Shown: positions 29,827 to 40,150, counted from the first letter of the stretch. The stretch: 64,000 bases of DNA from an uncultured Alphaproteobacteria bacterium (GCA_963717735.1 OY970349.1:1679349-1743348); one strand, 5' to 3'. The notes: generated from the sequence alone by a model not told the origin. Made by a program: numbers and translations.

Positions 29827-29833
29827 TGTCGGC

Positions 29834-30079
29834 ATGGGCCAGATGCTCGTCCGCCAGCTTGACGACGCCGCGATAGCACGGCTGAAAATCCGAGCCCGTG
29901 AGAAGAACATTTCCGTGGAAGCGCTGGCGCGCGAGGCGATCCACAAAGCCGCCGAGCTCAGCGTCGAAGAGAAATCGGCGCTGGTGCGCAAGATGCAGGA
30001 GGCGGGTGAGCGCGCCAAGATCGCCGGAGCGCCCCAGACCCCCGGCTGGGTGCTCATTCGCGAGGATCGCGACGCGTGA
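29834..30079 (+). CDS. FitA-like ribbon-helix-helix antitoxin
   Basis: MGQMLVRQLDD....LK.RA....S.E; IREDRD tail; coupled to the PIN gene. Confidence 0.87.
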   Translation: MGQMLVRQLDDAAIARLKIRAREKNISVEALAREAIHKAAELSVEEKSALVRKMQEAGERAKIAGAPQTPGWVLIREDRDA

Positions 30080-30477
30080 TCCTCGATGCCAGCGTGGGCG
30101 TCAAATGGCTGGTGCCGGAAGAGCATAGCGAGACTGCCGCCGCCCTCGTCGGCCAGACCGACATCTTCGTTCCGACGCTCTTTCACAGCGAAGTGGCGAA
30201 TGCGCTCTGGAAGAAGGCGCGCCGGGGAGAGATTCGCCTCGATGAGATCGTCGCGCATCTCGGCGAGGTGCCGTTGCTTGTCACCACCCTCGATGAAACC
30301 GAAGCATTGCCGAGAGCGCTGGCGATCGCCGCCGAGCTCGATCATCCCGTCTATGACTGCGTCTATCTCGCGCTCGCCGAGGCCCGAGACGATGTCGTGT
30401 TGACCGCGGATCTCCGCTTTCTGGACAAGATCGCCGCGAGCCCGATGGCGGCACGCGTGAAGGAGCTGGGAAGATGA
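30076..30477 (+). CDS. vapC: PIN-domain VapC toxin
   Basis: ILDASV.VKW, EVANAL, YDCVYLALA, LTAD. Confidence 0.9.
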   Translation: MILDASVGVKWLVPEEHSETAAALVGQTDIFVPTLFHSEVANALWKKARRGEIRLDEIVAHLGEVPLLVTTLDETEALPRALAIAAELDHPVYDCVYLALAEARDDVVLTADLRFLDKIAASPMAARVKELGR

Positions 30478-30917
30478 CCGAAGAGGTGACAGGCGGCTGC
30501 GCCTGCGGCCGGGTGCGCTACACGGTCGAAATCGACAATGACGAGGCCTATCTGTGCCATTGCCGGATGTGCCAGCGCAGCACCGGCGGCGTCTCGATTG
30601 CCTTCAAGAACGTGAAGAAGGCGGACATGGCCTGGGCGGGCGAGCCGGACTGGTATCATAGCTCGCCGATCGCGCGGCGGCCCTATTGCCGCGCGTGCGG
30701 CACGCCGCTCGGCTTCGAATATCCGGACAGCGCGAACATGGACCTCACGATCGGCTCGTTCGACGATCCGGCCCGTTTCCGGCCGAAACACCATTTCGGC
30801 GTCGAGAGCATGCACCGCGCCTGGATCGACACCGAGGGGCTGCCCGAATATCGGGTCGAGGACAACAAGCCCACCGTCGAGCGCTGGATGAACGCCATTG
30901 GCAAGCTCCCCGATTAG
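30474..30917 (+). CDS. GFA family Zn-binding protein
   Basis: GGCACGRVRY, CHCRMCQR, CRACGTPL. Confidence 0.9.
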   Translation: MTEEVTGGCACGRVRYTVEIDNDEAYLCHCRMCQRSTGGVSIAFKNVKKADMAWAGEPDWYHSSPIARRPYCRACGTPLGFEYPDSANMDLTIGSFDDPARFRPKHHFGVESMHRAWIDTEGLPEYRVEDNKPTVERWMNAIGKLPD

Positions 30918-31656
30918 GCACGTCTTCACCGCTTCGGACGGCGTCGAGCTCGCCTGGCACGAACTGGGCGAGGGGCCGCCGGTGCTGCTGCTGCACGGGC
31001 TCTTCTCCGATGCCGACACCAACTGGATCCGCTTCGGCCACGCCGCCGAGATCGCCGGCCGCGGCTTCCGCCTCATCATGCCGGATCTGCGCGCGCACGG
31101 GACGAGCGCCAAGCCGCACGACGCGGCCGCCTATCCCCCGGACATACTCGCCGACGACGGGCTGGCGCTGATCGCGTTTCTCGAGCTCGGAGACTACGAC
31201 CTTGGCGGCTATTCGCTGGGCGGGCGGACGGCGGTGCGGATGGTGGCGAAGGGGGCCGCGCCGCGGCGGCTGATCGTCGCCGGCATGGGACTTCAGGGCC
31301 TGCTCGAAACGCGCGCGCGGAGCGAGCATTTCAAGACGATCCTGACCGGGCTGGGTACGCATGCGCGCGGCTCGCCGGAATGGATGGCCGAGGCGTTCCT
31401 CAAGACCACCGGCGGCGACCCGATGGCGCTGCTGCCCTTGCTCGACAGCTTCGTGGACACCAGCGAGGAAATGCTGCGCAGCATGGAAATGCCGACGCTC
31501 GTCCTTGCGGGCGCCGACGACCATGACAACGGCTCGGCCGAAGCGTTGGCGAAGCTGCTGCCGAGCGGCGACTATGTCGAGGTTCCGGGCAATCATATGA
31601 GCGCGGTCACCAGGCGGGAACTCGGGCGGGCGCTCGCGGATTTTCTCGACCGTTGA
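30898..31656 (+). CDS. Alpha/beta hydrolase
   Basis: LLHGL, DLRAHG, GYSLG, C-terminal Asp/His. Confidence 0.9.
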   Translation: MASSPIRHVFTASDGVELAWHELGEGPPVLLLHGLFSDADTNWIRFGHAAEIAGRGFRLIMPDLRAHGTSAKPHDAAAYPPDILADDGLALIAFLELGDYDLGGYSLGGRTAVRMVAKGAAPRRLIVAGMGLQGLLETRARSEHFKTILTGLGTHARGSPEWMAEAFLKTTGGDPMALLPLLDSFVDTSEEMLRSMEMPTLVLAGADDHDNGSAEALAKLLPSGDYVEVPGNHMSAVTRRELGRALADFLDR

Positions 31657-31714
31657 CCGTCCGAAATGGCGGGTCCAATAGCCGCTACGCAAAACGACAA
31701 ATGAGGATGCCGTC

Positions 31715-33580
31715 ATGAAAAGCAGCGTTTCCCTGCTCGCCCTCGCCCTTTCCGCCTGCCTCGCCGCCGGCTGCACCACCGCCGCCGCGACCGGACAGAG
31801 CGATGCGGCCGCGTCGTCCGCGCCGGAGGCGCGGCGGGGAACGCCGACCGCGGCCGAGGCCGACGCCTTCGTCGCCCGGGCCGAGCGGGAGCTCGCCGAA
31901 TTCGCCGTCGTCAACGCTCGCGCCCAATGGGTGAACGCGACCTACATCACCCAGGACACCGACGCGCTCGCCGCCCATTTCGGCACGATCGGGACCGAGA
32001 TGGGGGTGCGCTTCGCCAACGAGGCCGCGCGCTATGCGAACGTGCCCGACCTCAGCCCCGACACGCGGCGCAAGCTCAACATCCTGCGCGCCGGCCTCAC
32101 TTTGCCGGCGCCGACCCGGGAAGGCGCGGCGGCCGAATTGAACCGCATCTCGACCGACCTCTCCTCGCAATATGGCCGTGGCCGCGGCACGATGAACGGG
32201 GAGACGCTGACCGGCAACGAGATCGAGGCGCGGATGGGCACGGTCCGCAACCCGGCCCACCTGCGCGAGATGTGGACGAGCTGGAACGACAATGTCGGCG
32301 CGCCGATGCGCCCGCAATATATCCGCATGACCGAGATCGCGAACGAAGGCGCGCGCGAGCTCGGCTATCCCGATACCGGCGCGATGTGGCGGTCGAAATA
32401 CGACATGTCGCCGGACGAGTTCGCGGCGCTGACCGAGCGGCTGTGGAACGAGGTCCGCCCGCTCTACGAGGAGATCCACTGTTTCGCCCGGGCGGGCCTG
32501 AACCGCACCCATGGCGACCAGGTCCAGGCCGAGACCGGCCCGATCCGCGCCGACCTGCTCGGCAATCTCTGGGCGCAGGAATGGGGCAATATCTACGACG
32601 TGGTCGCGCCGCCGTCGCGGGGCATTCCTCCCTACGACCTCACCCGATTGCTCGAGCGCGCCAATTACACGCCCGAGCGGATCGTCCGCCAGGGCGAATC
32701 CTTCTTCAGCTCGCTGGGCTTCGCGCCGCTGCCGGCGAGCTTCTGGGAGCGCTCGATGATCACCCAGCCCAGGGACCGCGAGGTGATCTGCCACGCCTCG
32801 GCCTGGGACGTCGACAATGTCGAGGATTTGCGCATCAAGATGTGCACGCGCGTCAATGCCGACGATTTCATCACCGTCCATCACGAGCTCGGCCACAATT
32901 ACTATCAGCGCGCCTATAACCGGCAGCCCTACCTCTATCTCGACAGCGCCAATGACGGCTTCCACGAGGCGATCGGCGACATGATCGCGTTGAGCGTCAC
33001 GCCCGAATATCTGGTCCAGATCGGTCTCTTGCGGCAGAACCAGATGCCCAACGAGGCGCAGGACCGGGCGCTGCTGCTCCGCCAGGCGCTCGACAAGATC
33101 GCCTTCCTGCCGTTCGGGCTCTTGGTCGACCGTTACCGCTGGGGCATCTTCTCCGGCCAGATCCAGCCCGGCAATTATCAGGCGGCGTGGGACGAGATGC
33201 GGCTGCGCTACCAGGGCATTGTCCCGCCGACCCCGCGCACGGAGCGGAATTTCGACGCCGGCGCCAAATATCACGTGCCGGCGAGCGTGCCCTACACCCG
33301 CTACTTCCTCGCCCGCATCCTCCAGTTCCAGTTCTACAAGGCCGCCTGCGACATTGCCGGCTGGCGCGGCCCGCTTCACCGCTGCTCCTTCTACGGCAAT
33401 CGCGAGGTCGGGCGGCGCCTGAACGAAATGCTCGCCATGGGCGCCTCGCGGCCCTGGCCCGACGCGCTCGAGGCCTTCACCGGCAGCCGCGAGATGTCGG
33501 CCGAGCCGATGGTCGAATATTTCCGGCCGCTGCTGGGCTGGCTGCGGGAGCAGAACAGGGGAAGGCGGTGCGGCTGGTAA
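31715..33580 (+). CDS. M2 metallopeptidase (ACE-like peptidyl-dipeptidase), probable lipoprotein
   Basis: HHELGH, GFHEAIGD, CHASAWD, LLGNLWAQEW; LAAGC lipobox. Confidence 0.94.
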   Translation: MKSSVSLLALALSACLAAGCTTAAATGQSDAAASSAPEARRGTPTAAEADAFVARAERELAEFAVVNARAQWVNATYITQDTDALAAHFGTIGTEMGVRFANEAARYANVPDLSPDTRRKLNILRAGLTLPAPTREGAAAELNRISTDLSSQYGRGRGTMNGETLTGNEIEARMGTVRNPAHLREMWTSWNDNVGAPMRPQYIRMTEIANEGARELGYPDTGAMWRSKYDMSPDEFAALTERLWNEVRPLYEEIHCFARAGLNRTHGDQVQAETGPIRADLLGNLWAQEWGNIYDVVAPPSRGIPPYDLTRLLERANYTPERIVRQGESFFSSLGFAPLPASFWERSMITQPRDREVICHASAWDVDNVEDLRIKMCTRVNADDFITVHHELGHNYYQRAYNRQPYLYLDSANDGFHEAIGDMIALSVTPEYLVQIGLLRQNQMPNEAQDRALLLRQALDKIAFLPFGLLVDRYRWGIFSGQIQPGNYQAAWDEMRLRYQGIVPPTPRTERNFDAGAKYHVPASVPYTRYFLARILQFQFYKAACDIAGWRGPLHRCSFYGNREVGRRLNEMLAMGASRPWPDALEAFTGSREMSAEPMVEYFRPLLGWLREQNRGRRCGW

Positions 33581-34083
33581 CCGGCGTCCTGCTCGCGTTC
33601 GGCGCGGCGGCCGTGGCCGCCGCCCAGTCGCCGCCGCGCTTCAACCCCGCGGCGCCCGAGAACCGGCAGGTGCTGCCGACCTTCAACTATGCGAGCGTCG
33701 AGACCGTCCTGACCCAGATCGGCGCGCGGTTCGAGCGGCGCGGCACTGCGGAGCGGCCGATCCTCAGCGTCACCTTCCCGAACAACCGGCGCGCGGCGAT
33801 CGTCTTCGGCAATTGCGAGCGCCAGGGCGCGGCCTGCAAGGCGATCTCGATCCAGGCGGTGTGGAACCGGCCGGCCGGCGCCGGCGCGGCGCGGCTCCCC
33901 GCCGCGATCCAGGCGTTCAACCAGCGCTACGCTTTCTCGCGCGCCTATCTGACCGCCGACGGGCGGCCGGCGCTGCAGCGTTATCTGACCGCCGATTACG
34001 GCTTCATCCGCGGCGACCTCGCGGTCAATTTGCTCGTCTTCGCGACCCAGTCCGACCGGTTCGCGGCCGAGGTGGTGCGGTAG
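33568..34083 (+). CDS. Secreted YbjN-like domain protein
   Basis: Signal peptide; C.....C..I, FNQRYAFSRAYL pattern. Confidence 0.65.
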   Translation: MRLVTGVLLAFGAAAVAAAQSPPRFNPAAPENRQVLPTFNYASVETVLTQIGARFERRGTAERPILSVTFPNNRRAAIVFGNCERQGAACKAISIQAVWNRPAGAGAARLPAAIQAFNQRYAFSRAYLTADGRPALQRYLTADYGFIRGDLAVNLLVFATQSDRFAAEVVR

Positions 34084-34299
34084 CCGGGGGCAAGTTCGCG
34101 CGCGGTCGCCGCCGTCTTCATCACCGGGTTGAGCGGCCCGCCGAGCGTCGCGGCGTTGCGGCTCGCGATCTCGGCTGCGCTCGGTTTCGAATCGGGCATG
34201 CTGGCTTCCTCAACGCTTTGAGCGAAAAGGATTCAATGCACCGCACCCGCCGGGGTTGCCGGACCTGGGGTGAGTGGAAAGCTCAGCGCGACCGGGCGC

Positions 34300-34782
34300 C
34301 TAGAGCTGGCCGAGGATATAGTCGGCGCTGGAGACGCTGAACGCGCCCGGCTCCTCGACGTTCAGCTCCTTGACGACGCCGTCCTCTATGATCGCCGACC
34401 AGCGCTGGCTGCGTTTGCCCATGCCGAACTTGGAGAAGTCCGCGGCGAGGCCGAGCGCCTCGGCGAAATCGCCATTGCCGTCGGCGAGCATGGTCACCTT
34501 GCCCTCCGCTCCGGCCTGCGCGGCCCAGGCCTGCATGACGAAGGCGTCGTTGACGGCGACGCAGGCGATCTCGTCGACCCCCTTGGCCTTGAGCTCATCG
34601 GCCTTCTCGACATAGCCGGGCAGATGCCTGGCCGAGCAGGTCGGCGTGAAGGCGCCGGGGACGGCGAAGAGCGCCACCTTGCGGCCGGCGAAATAGGAGT
34701 CGGTTTCGACCGGCTGCGGCCCTTCCGAGGTCACCCTGGTCAGGGTCATGCTCGGGATTCGGTCGCCAACGCTGATCGTCAT
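34300..34782 (-). CDS. Peroxiredoxin (Prx5 type)
   Basis: VPGAFTPTCS, VNDAFVM. Confidence 0.94.
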   Translation of the reverse strand: MTISVGDRIPSMTLTRVTSEGPQPVETDSYFAGRKVALFAVPGAFTPTCSARHLPGYVEKADELKAKGVDEIACVAVNDAFVMQAWAAQAGAEGKVTMLADGNGDFAEALGLAADFSKFGMGKRSQRWSAIIEDGVVKELNVEEPGAFSVSSADYILGQL

Positions 34783-34858
34783 GTCACTCTCCTTGAATTA
34801 GGGTCGGCCGGCCCCTTAGCAATTGTAGCGCCGCCCGCCAAACGCCTATAGCCGCGCT

Positions 34859-35419
34859 ATGGACGCCCCCCGGTTCCTTTCCGGCCAATTCCTGCTCGCC
34901 ATGCCGGGCATCGGCGATCCGCGCTTCGAAAAAGCGGTGATCGCGATGTGCGTCCATGACGAGGAGGGCGCGCTCGGCATCGGCCTCGGCCGGGTGGTGC
35001 CGCGCCTCGGCTTCCACGATCTGTTGAGGCAGCTCGGCATCGAGCCGCGGAAAGCGCCGAACGCGCCGATCCACCTTGGCGGGCCGGTCGAGCCGCAGCG
35101 CGGCTTCATCATCCACACGCCCGATTGGGGCGGAACGGAGAGCATCCATGTCGGCGACCGCTGGGTGCTGTCGGCGACGATCGACATCCTGAAGGCGATC
35201 GCGGAAGGGAAGGGGCCGTCGCGCTGGGTCGCGGCCCTCGGTTATGCCGGCTGGGGCGAGGGGCAGCTCGAGCAGGAATTGGTGCGGCACGGCTGGTTCG
35301 CGACGCCGGGCGACGACAGCCTGCTCTACAGCTGCGACGTCGATTCGCGCTGGTCGGCGGCGTTCAGGGCGGCGGGGATCGATTCGCGCCTGCTCACAGC
35401 GGAGCATGGGACCGCTTAA
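34859..35419 (+). CDS. YqgE/AlgH family protein
   Basis: LLAMP..DPRF, GGPV, GYAGW..GQLE.E. Confidence 0.93.
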   Translation: MDAPRFLSGQFLLAMPGIGDPRFEKAVIAMCVHDEEGALGIGLGRVVPRLGFHDLLRQLGIEPRKAPNAPIHLGGPVEPQRGFIIHTPDWGGTESIHVGDRWVLSATIDILKAIAEGKGPSRWVAALGYAGWGEGQLEQELVRHGWFATPGDDSLLYSCDVDSRWSAAFRAAGIDSRLLTAEHGTA

Positions 35420-35535
35420 GTATCTTTCCCGCAACAGTTTCATCGCGGAAATTTACCTCTCGGTTACCCTTGTCATGAGACCTTCCGACTCGACCGGAGC
35501 GCACGAAGCGCCCGGTCGAGTGGGGAGTGGACAAG

Positions 35536-36048
35536 ATGAGTGGACAGATGAGGAAAGGGGGCGTCTTCGCGGCGGCCGCGATAGCATTGTGCGCAAGCAT
35601 GCCGGCCAATGCGGCGATGGGCTGCTGGAACCAGACCCAGGTCGCCGCGGCGCAGGTCCGGGACCTCCAGTCGCGGCTGATGGTCGCGACCCTGCGATGC
35701 TCGGCGATGGGGGTGGACGTGACGCCCGCCTATAACCGCTTCGTCGCCGCCAGCCGGGCGACGATCCAGGGCGCCAACGGCGTGCTGATGGCGGCGTTCC
35801 GCGCCGGCCATGGCGGCGAGGCGCAGACGCATTACGACCGCTTCGCGACGGCGCTCGCCAACATTTACGGCGACGACGCGACCAACCGCGACGTCTGCGC
35901 CGAGACCGCGGCGGTGGCGGATGAAGCCGCGGCGGCGGCGGGCGACATCCGCCTGCTGGTGACGATCGCGCATCGGCTGGGCGACGCGCCGGCGCTGCCG
36001 GGCGGCCAGTGCGGGATCACTTTCGCTTCGATGACCGACGGCAACTGA
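35536..36048 (+). CDS. Hypothetical secreted protein upstream of ahcY
   Basis: Signal peptide ending ANA; LMVATLRC, YDRFATALAN; Cys residues. Confidence 0.72.
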   Translation: MSGQMRKGGVFAAAAIALCASMPANAAMGCWNQTQVAAAQVRDLQSRLMVATLRCSAMGVDVTPAYNRFVAASRATIQGANGVLMAAFRAGHGGEAQTHYDRFATALANIYGDDATNRDVCAETAAVADEAAAAAGDIRLLVTIAHRLGDAPALPGGQCGITFASMTDGN

Positions 36049-36052
36049 CCAC

Positions 36053-36072
36053 ATATAAAGATATCTTTATAT
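36053..36072. promoter_or_regulatory. Perfect 20-bp palindrome, SahR-type operator
   Basis: ATATAAAGATATCTTTATAT upstream of ahcY; resembles the alphaproteobacterial SahR motif as recalled. Confidence 0.8.
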
Positions 36073-36159
36073 TTGCATTTGCGGGCGGCCGCGGCTAGGG
36101 AACTGGCACGCGACCGCCTGATTTTTCCTCGGCGGTCCTTCTTTTCCAGGAGACCGCAC

Positions 36160-37572
36160 GTGGCGACCCAGCCCAAGAGCACGACCAACGACTATGTGAT
36201 CGCCGACATCGGCCTCGCCGCCTTCGGCCGCAAGGAGATCGAGATCGCCGAGACCGAGATGCCCGGCCTGATGGCGCTGCGCGAGGAGTTCGGCACGGCG
36301 CGGCCGCTGACCGGCGCGCGGATCACCGGCTCGCTGCACATGACGATCCAGACGGCGGTGCTGATCGAGACCCTGACCGCGCTCGGCGCCGAGGTCCGCT
36401 GGGCCTCGTGCAACATCTACTCCACCCAGGACCATGCCGCCGCCGCGATCGCCGCGACCGGCGTTCCGGTGTTTGCGGTCAAGGGCGAGACGCTCGAGGA
36501 TTATTGGGACTATGCCGCCCGCATCTTCGATTGGGGCCAGGACGAGACCTGCAACATGATCCTCGACGACGGTGGCGACGCCACCATGTTCGCGCTCTGG
36601 GGCGCGCGCGTCGAGGCGGGCGAGACGCTATTCGAGCCGACCAACGAAGAGGAAGAGATTTTCGCCGCGACGCTGAAGCGCTTCCTCGCCGAGCGGCCCG
36701 GCTATCTGACCAGGACCGTCCAGAACATCAAGGGCGTCTCCGAAGAGACGACGACCGGCGTCCACCGCCTCTACGATCTCGCCAAGAAGGGCAAGCTGCC
36801 GTTCCCGGCGATCAACGTCAACGATTCGGTCACCAAGTCCAAGTTCGACAATCTCTACGGCTGCAAGGAATCGCTGGTCGACGCCATTCGGCGCGCAACC
36901 GACGTGATGCTCGCCGGCAAGGTCGCCTGCGTCGCCGGCTTCGGCGACGTCGGCAAGGGCTCGGCCCAGTCGCTGCGCAACGGCGGCGCCCGCGTGCTGG
37001 TGACCGAGGTCGATCCCATTTGCGCGCTGCAGGCGGCGATGGAGGGCTTCGAGGTGATCACCATGGAGGAGGCGGTGACCCGCGCCGACATCTTCGTCAC
37101 CGCCACCGGCAATGCCGACGTCATCACGCTCGACCATATGCGGGCGATGAAGAACATGGCGATCGTCTGCAACATCGGCCATTTCGACAGCGAGATCCAG
37201 ATCGGCGCGCTCGCCAACATGAAGTGGACCGAGATCAAGCCGCAGGTCGACGAGGTCCAGTTCCCCGACGGCAAGAAGATCATCGTCCTCTCGAAGGGCC
37301 GCCTGGTCAATCTCGGCAACGCGACCGGCCATCCGAGCTTCGTGATGAGCTCCAGCTTCACCAACCAGACGCTGGCGCAGATCGAGCTTTGGACCGGCGG
37401 CGACAAATACGGCAAGGACGTCTACGTCCTGCCCAAGCACCTGGACGAGAAGGTCGCGGCGCTCCACCTCGGCAAGCTCGGCGTCAAGCTCACCACGCTG
37501 AGCCAGAAGCAGGCCGACTATATCGGCGTGCCGGTCGAAGGGCCGTTCAAGCCGGATCACTACCGCTACTAG
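36160..37572 (+). CDS. ahcY: Adenosylhomocysteinase
   Basis: [39 protein letters not shown]. Confidence 0.98.
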   Translation: MATQPKSTTNDYVIADIGLAAFGRKEIEIAETEMPGLMALREEFGTARPLTGARITGSLHMTIQTAVLIETLTALGAEVRWASCNIYSTQDHAAAAIAATGVPVFAVKGETLEDYWDYAARIFDWGQDETCNMILDDGGDATMFALWGARVEAGETLFEPTNEEEEIFAATLKRFLAERPGYLTRTVQNIKGVSEETTTGVHRLYDLAKKGKLPFPAINVNDSVTKSKFDNLYGCKESLVDAIRRATDVMLAGKVACVAGFGDVGKGSAQSLRNGGARVLVTEVDPICALQAAMEGFEVITMEEAVTRADIFVTATGNADVITLDHMRAMKNMAIVCNIGHFDSEIQIGALANMKWTEIKPQVDEVQFPDGKKIIVLSKGRLVNLGNATGHPSFVMSSSFTNQTLAQIELWTGGDKYGKDVYVLPKHLDEKVAALHLGKLGVKLTTLSQKQADYIGVPVEGPFKPDHYRY

Positions 37573-37595
37573 AACTCACGCGCGCCACTTGAGGA

Positions 37596-37700
37596 GTCAC
37601 CCCGGCGAAAGCCGGGGCCCATGAACCGAAGAGCATGTCGTCGCCCTGTGCGCTTTCGTGAGCAGCGGTGTTCATGGGTTCCGGCTTTCGCCGGAATGAC
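37596..37700. repeat. Intergenic palindromic element, family A
   Basis: GTCACCCCGGCGAAAGCCGGGGCCCATGAAC...GTTCATGGGTTCCGGCTTTCGCCGGAATGAC. Confidence 0.85.
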
Positions 37701-37756
37701 TATTGTTGCGGCGCAGGTGCTTCCGCCCGCCGCCCCCGCCGTCTAGACAGGGCGCG

Positions 37757-40150
37757 ATGCCGGCTTTGTCGTCCTCCCTCATCGCCATCGTCGCGCTGGT
37801 CTCCGGCGCCTGGCTGGCGCTTGCGGTCTGGGCGGCGCGGCGCGGCGCGCGGCGCGCGGCCCAGGCCGACGCCGTGATCGGCGACAACCGGCGCATGGCG
37901 GCGCTGCTCCAGGCGGGGCCGGCCATGCCGCTCGTCATTGCCCCCGATGGCGCGATCAGCGGCCCGGACCGGCTCGCCGGCGCGCTCGGGCTCGACTCGC
38001 TGCCGCCGCGCTGGATGGCCCTGTTCGGCGAGGCGGCCCCGTTCCGCGCCGACGAGGCGGCGGCGCTCGGCCGTCATGTCAGCGAGGCCGCCTCCGGAGG
38101 CCGCTTCAGCCTCTCCGTGCGGCCCGCCGGATCGGCGCGCATCTTTCGGATTGACGGCGGCCCCGCGCCCGCCGGCTTCGCCGAACGCTCGGCCTTGCTC
38201 TGGTTCGTCGACGTGACCGAAGCGGAGGAGCAGGCCGCGGCGCTGGCGGCGCGGCTCGAACGGCGGTCGGCCGCGCTCGACGCCCTGTCCGGCCTGATCG
38301 AGGCGGCGCCCTTCCCGATGTGGCATCGCGGCCCCGACCTCCAGCTGGCCATGGTCAACGGCGCCTATGTCGAGGCCGTCGAAGGCGGCGACGCGCCGTC
38401 GGTGATCGAACAGGGCACCGAACTTATCGATGTCGCCGACGGCCGCGACCCGCTGCGCGACGCCGCCGCGGTGCTCGAGAGCCAGCAGCCGTCGCGCCGG
38501 ACCGTGCCGGCGACGGTCGCCGGCGAGCGGCGGATGATGCAGGTCGTCGAGGTGCCGCTGGGGCCCGGCGGAGTCGCCGGCTACGCGATCGACGTCGAGG
38601 ACCAGGAGCAGGCCCATGCCGACCTCGCCCGATTCGTCCGCGCCCAGCGCGACATGCTCGACCGGCTGTCGGCGGGCGTGGCGCAGTTCGGGCGCGACCG
38701 CAGCCTAATCTTCTTCAACCAGCCGTTCGCGCGGCTGTTCTCGCTGACCGCCGAATTCCTCGCCGACCGTCCCGAGTTCGACCGAGTCATCGACGCGATG
38801 CGCGAGGCCGGCAACCTGCCCGAAGTGCGCGACTTCCCGGACTGGAAAGAGGAGCATCGCGCCTGGTTCACCAGCGGCCTCGCCGCCGACGAGGAGGATT
38901 GGCTGCTGCCCGGCGGCAAGCATCTGCGCGTCGTCGCCCAGCCGCTGCCGGACGGCGGCCTGCTGACCATCTTCGAGGACCGGACCGAGCAGATCCAGCT
39001 CGCTTCGGCGCGCGACACCCTGCTTCGCGTCCGCACCGCGACCTTCGACAATCTGTTCGAGGCGGTCGGCGTGTTCGCCTCGGACGGGCGGCTGAACCTG
39101 TGGAACAACCGCTTCCGCGAAGTCTGGGGCCTCGACGAGGCGCAGCTCGCCGGCCATCCGCGGGTCGACGCGCTGGCGCCCCTGCTGGCGGCGAAGCTGA
39201 AGCGCGCCAGCCATGCCGGGCTGGTCCGCGAGCTGGTGCGCAGCGCGACGGTCGAGCGCAAGCAAAGGTCCGGGCGGGTGGGGCTGATCGACGGCCGCGA
39301 GTTCGAGTTCGCCGCGGTGCCGCTCCCCGACGGCAACGCCCTTTTCACGATGCTCGACATCACCGACAGCCGGAAGGTGGAAGCGGCGCTGCGCGACCGT
39401 ACCGAGGCGCTCGAGGAGGCGGACAGGCTGAAGACCGCCTTCGTCTCCAACATGAGCTACGAGTTGCGCACGCCATTGACCTCGATCGCCGGCTTCGCCG
39501 AGATGCTCGCCGCCGGCTATGCGGGCGAATTGCCGGCGACGGCGTCCGATTATGTCGCCGCGATCCTCGACAGCGTCGCCAGGCTCGGCGCGCTGATCGA
39601 CAACGTGCTCGATCTCACCCAGAGCGATACCGGCAGCCTGCTTCTCGCCGAAGAGGATGTCGATCTTGCCCAGCTCTGCCGCGAAGTGGCGGAGGACGTC
39701 CAGGGCCTTGCCGGCCGCCGGCAGATCGAGCTCGCGCTCGAGGTCAAGCCGAGCGTCGGCATCGTCACCGGCGACCGGCGGCGGCTCAGCCAGACGATCG
39801 GCAATATCGTTCGCAACGCCCTGGTCTATACCGACGCCGGCGGCCGGGTGCTGCTGCGCGCCGAGGGCGGCCGCGGCGCCGCCCGGATCATCGTTTCCGA
39901 CAATGGCCGCGGCATCGAGACGGCGGATCAGGCGCGCGTGTTCGACCGCTTCCAGCGGACGGCCGAAGCGCGCAGCGGCGAGGAGGCGGCCGTGGGCCTC
40001 GGCCTGCCGCTCGCCAAGCAGTTCGTCGAAGCGCATGGCGGGACGATCGAGCTGCAGTCCAGGCCGGGACAGGGGACGACCGTCACCGTCCGCCTGCCGC
40101 GCACCGCCGCGCAGCGCGCCGGCTATCCTCTGGCCGAGGTCGCCGAATAG
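37757..40150 (+). CDS. divL: PAS-domain pseudo-histidine kinase DivL
   Basis: N-terminal TM, PAS repeats, H-box with Tyr (SYELRTPL), DNGRG; ahcY-tsaE synteny. Confidence 0.87.
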   Translation: MPALSSSLIAIVALVSGAWLALAVWAARRGARRAAQADAVIGDNRRMAALLQAGPAMPLVIAPDGAISGPDRLAGALGLDSLPPRWMALFGEAAPFRADEAAALGRHVSEAASGGRFSLSVRPAGSARIFRIDGGPAPAGFAERSALLWFVDVTEAEEQAAALAARLERRSAALDALSGLIEAAPFPMWHRGPDLQLAMVNGAYVEAVEGGDAPSVIEQGTELIDVADGRDPLRDAAAVLESQQPSRRTVPATVAGERRMMQVVEVPLGPGGVAGYAIDVEDQEQAHADLARFVRAQRDMLDRLSAGVAQFGRDRSLIFFNQPFARLFSLTAEFLADRPEFDRVIDAMREAGNLPEVRDFPDWKEEHRAWFTSGLAADEEDWLLPGGKHLRVVAQPLPDGGLLTIFEDRTEQIQLASARDTLLRVRTATFDNLFEAVGVFASDGRLNLWNNRFREVWGLDEAQLAGHPRVDALAPLLAAKLKRASHAGLVRELVRSATVERKQRSGRVGLIDGREFEFAAVPLPDGNALFTMLDITDSRKVEAALRDRTEALEEADRLKTAFVSNMSYELRTPLTSIAGFAEMLAAGYAGELPATASDYVAAILDSVARLGALIDNVLDLTQSDTGSLLLAEEDVDLAQLCREVAEDVQGLAGRRQIELALEVKPSVGIVTGDRRRLSQTIGNIVRNALVYTDAGGRVLLRAEGGRGAARIIVSDNGRGIETADQARVFDRFQRTAEARSGEEAAVGLGLPLAKQFVEAHGGTIELQSRPGQGTTVTVRLPRTAAQRAGYPLAEVAE

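Noticed and set aside
31715-33580. ACE-like peptidase as a eukaryotic gene transfer
   Set aside because: M2 peptidases are known in bacteria and the codon usage is host-like.
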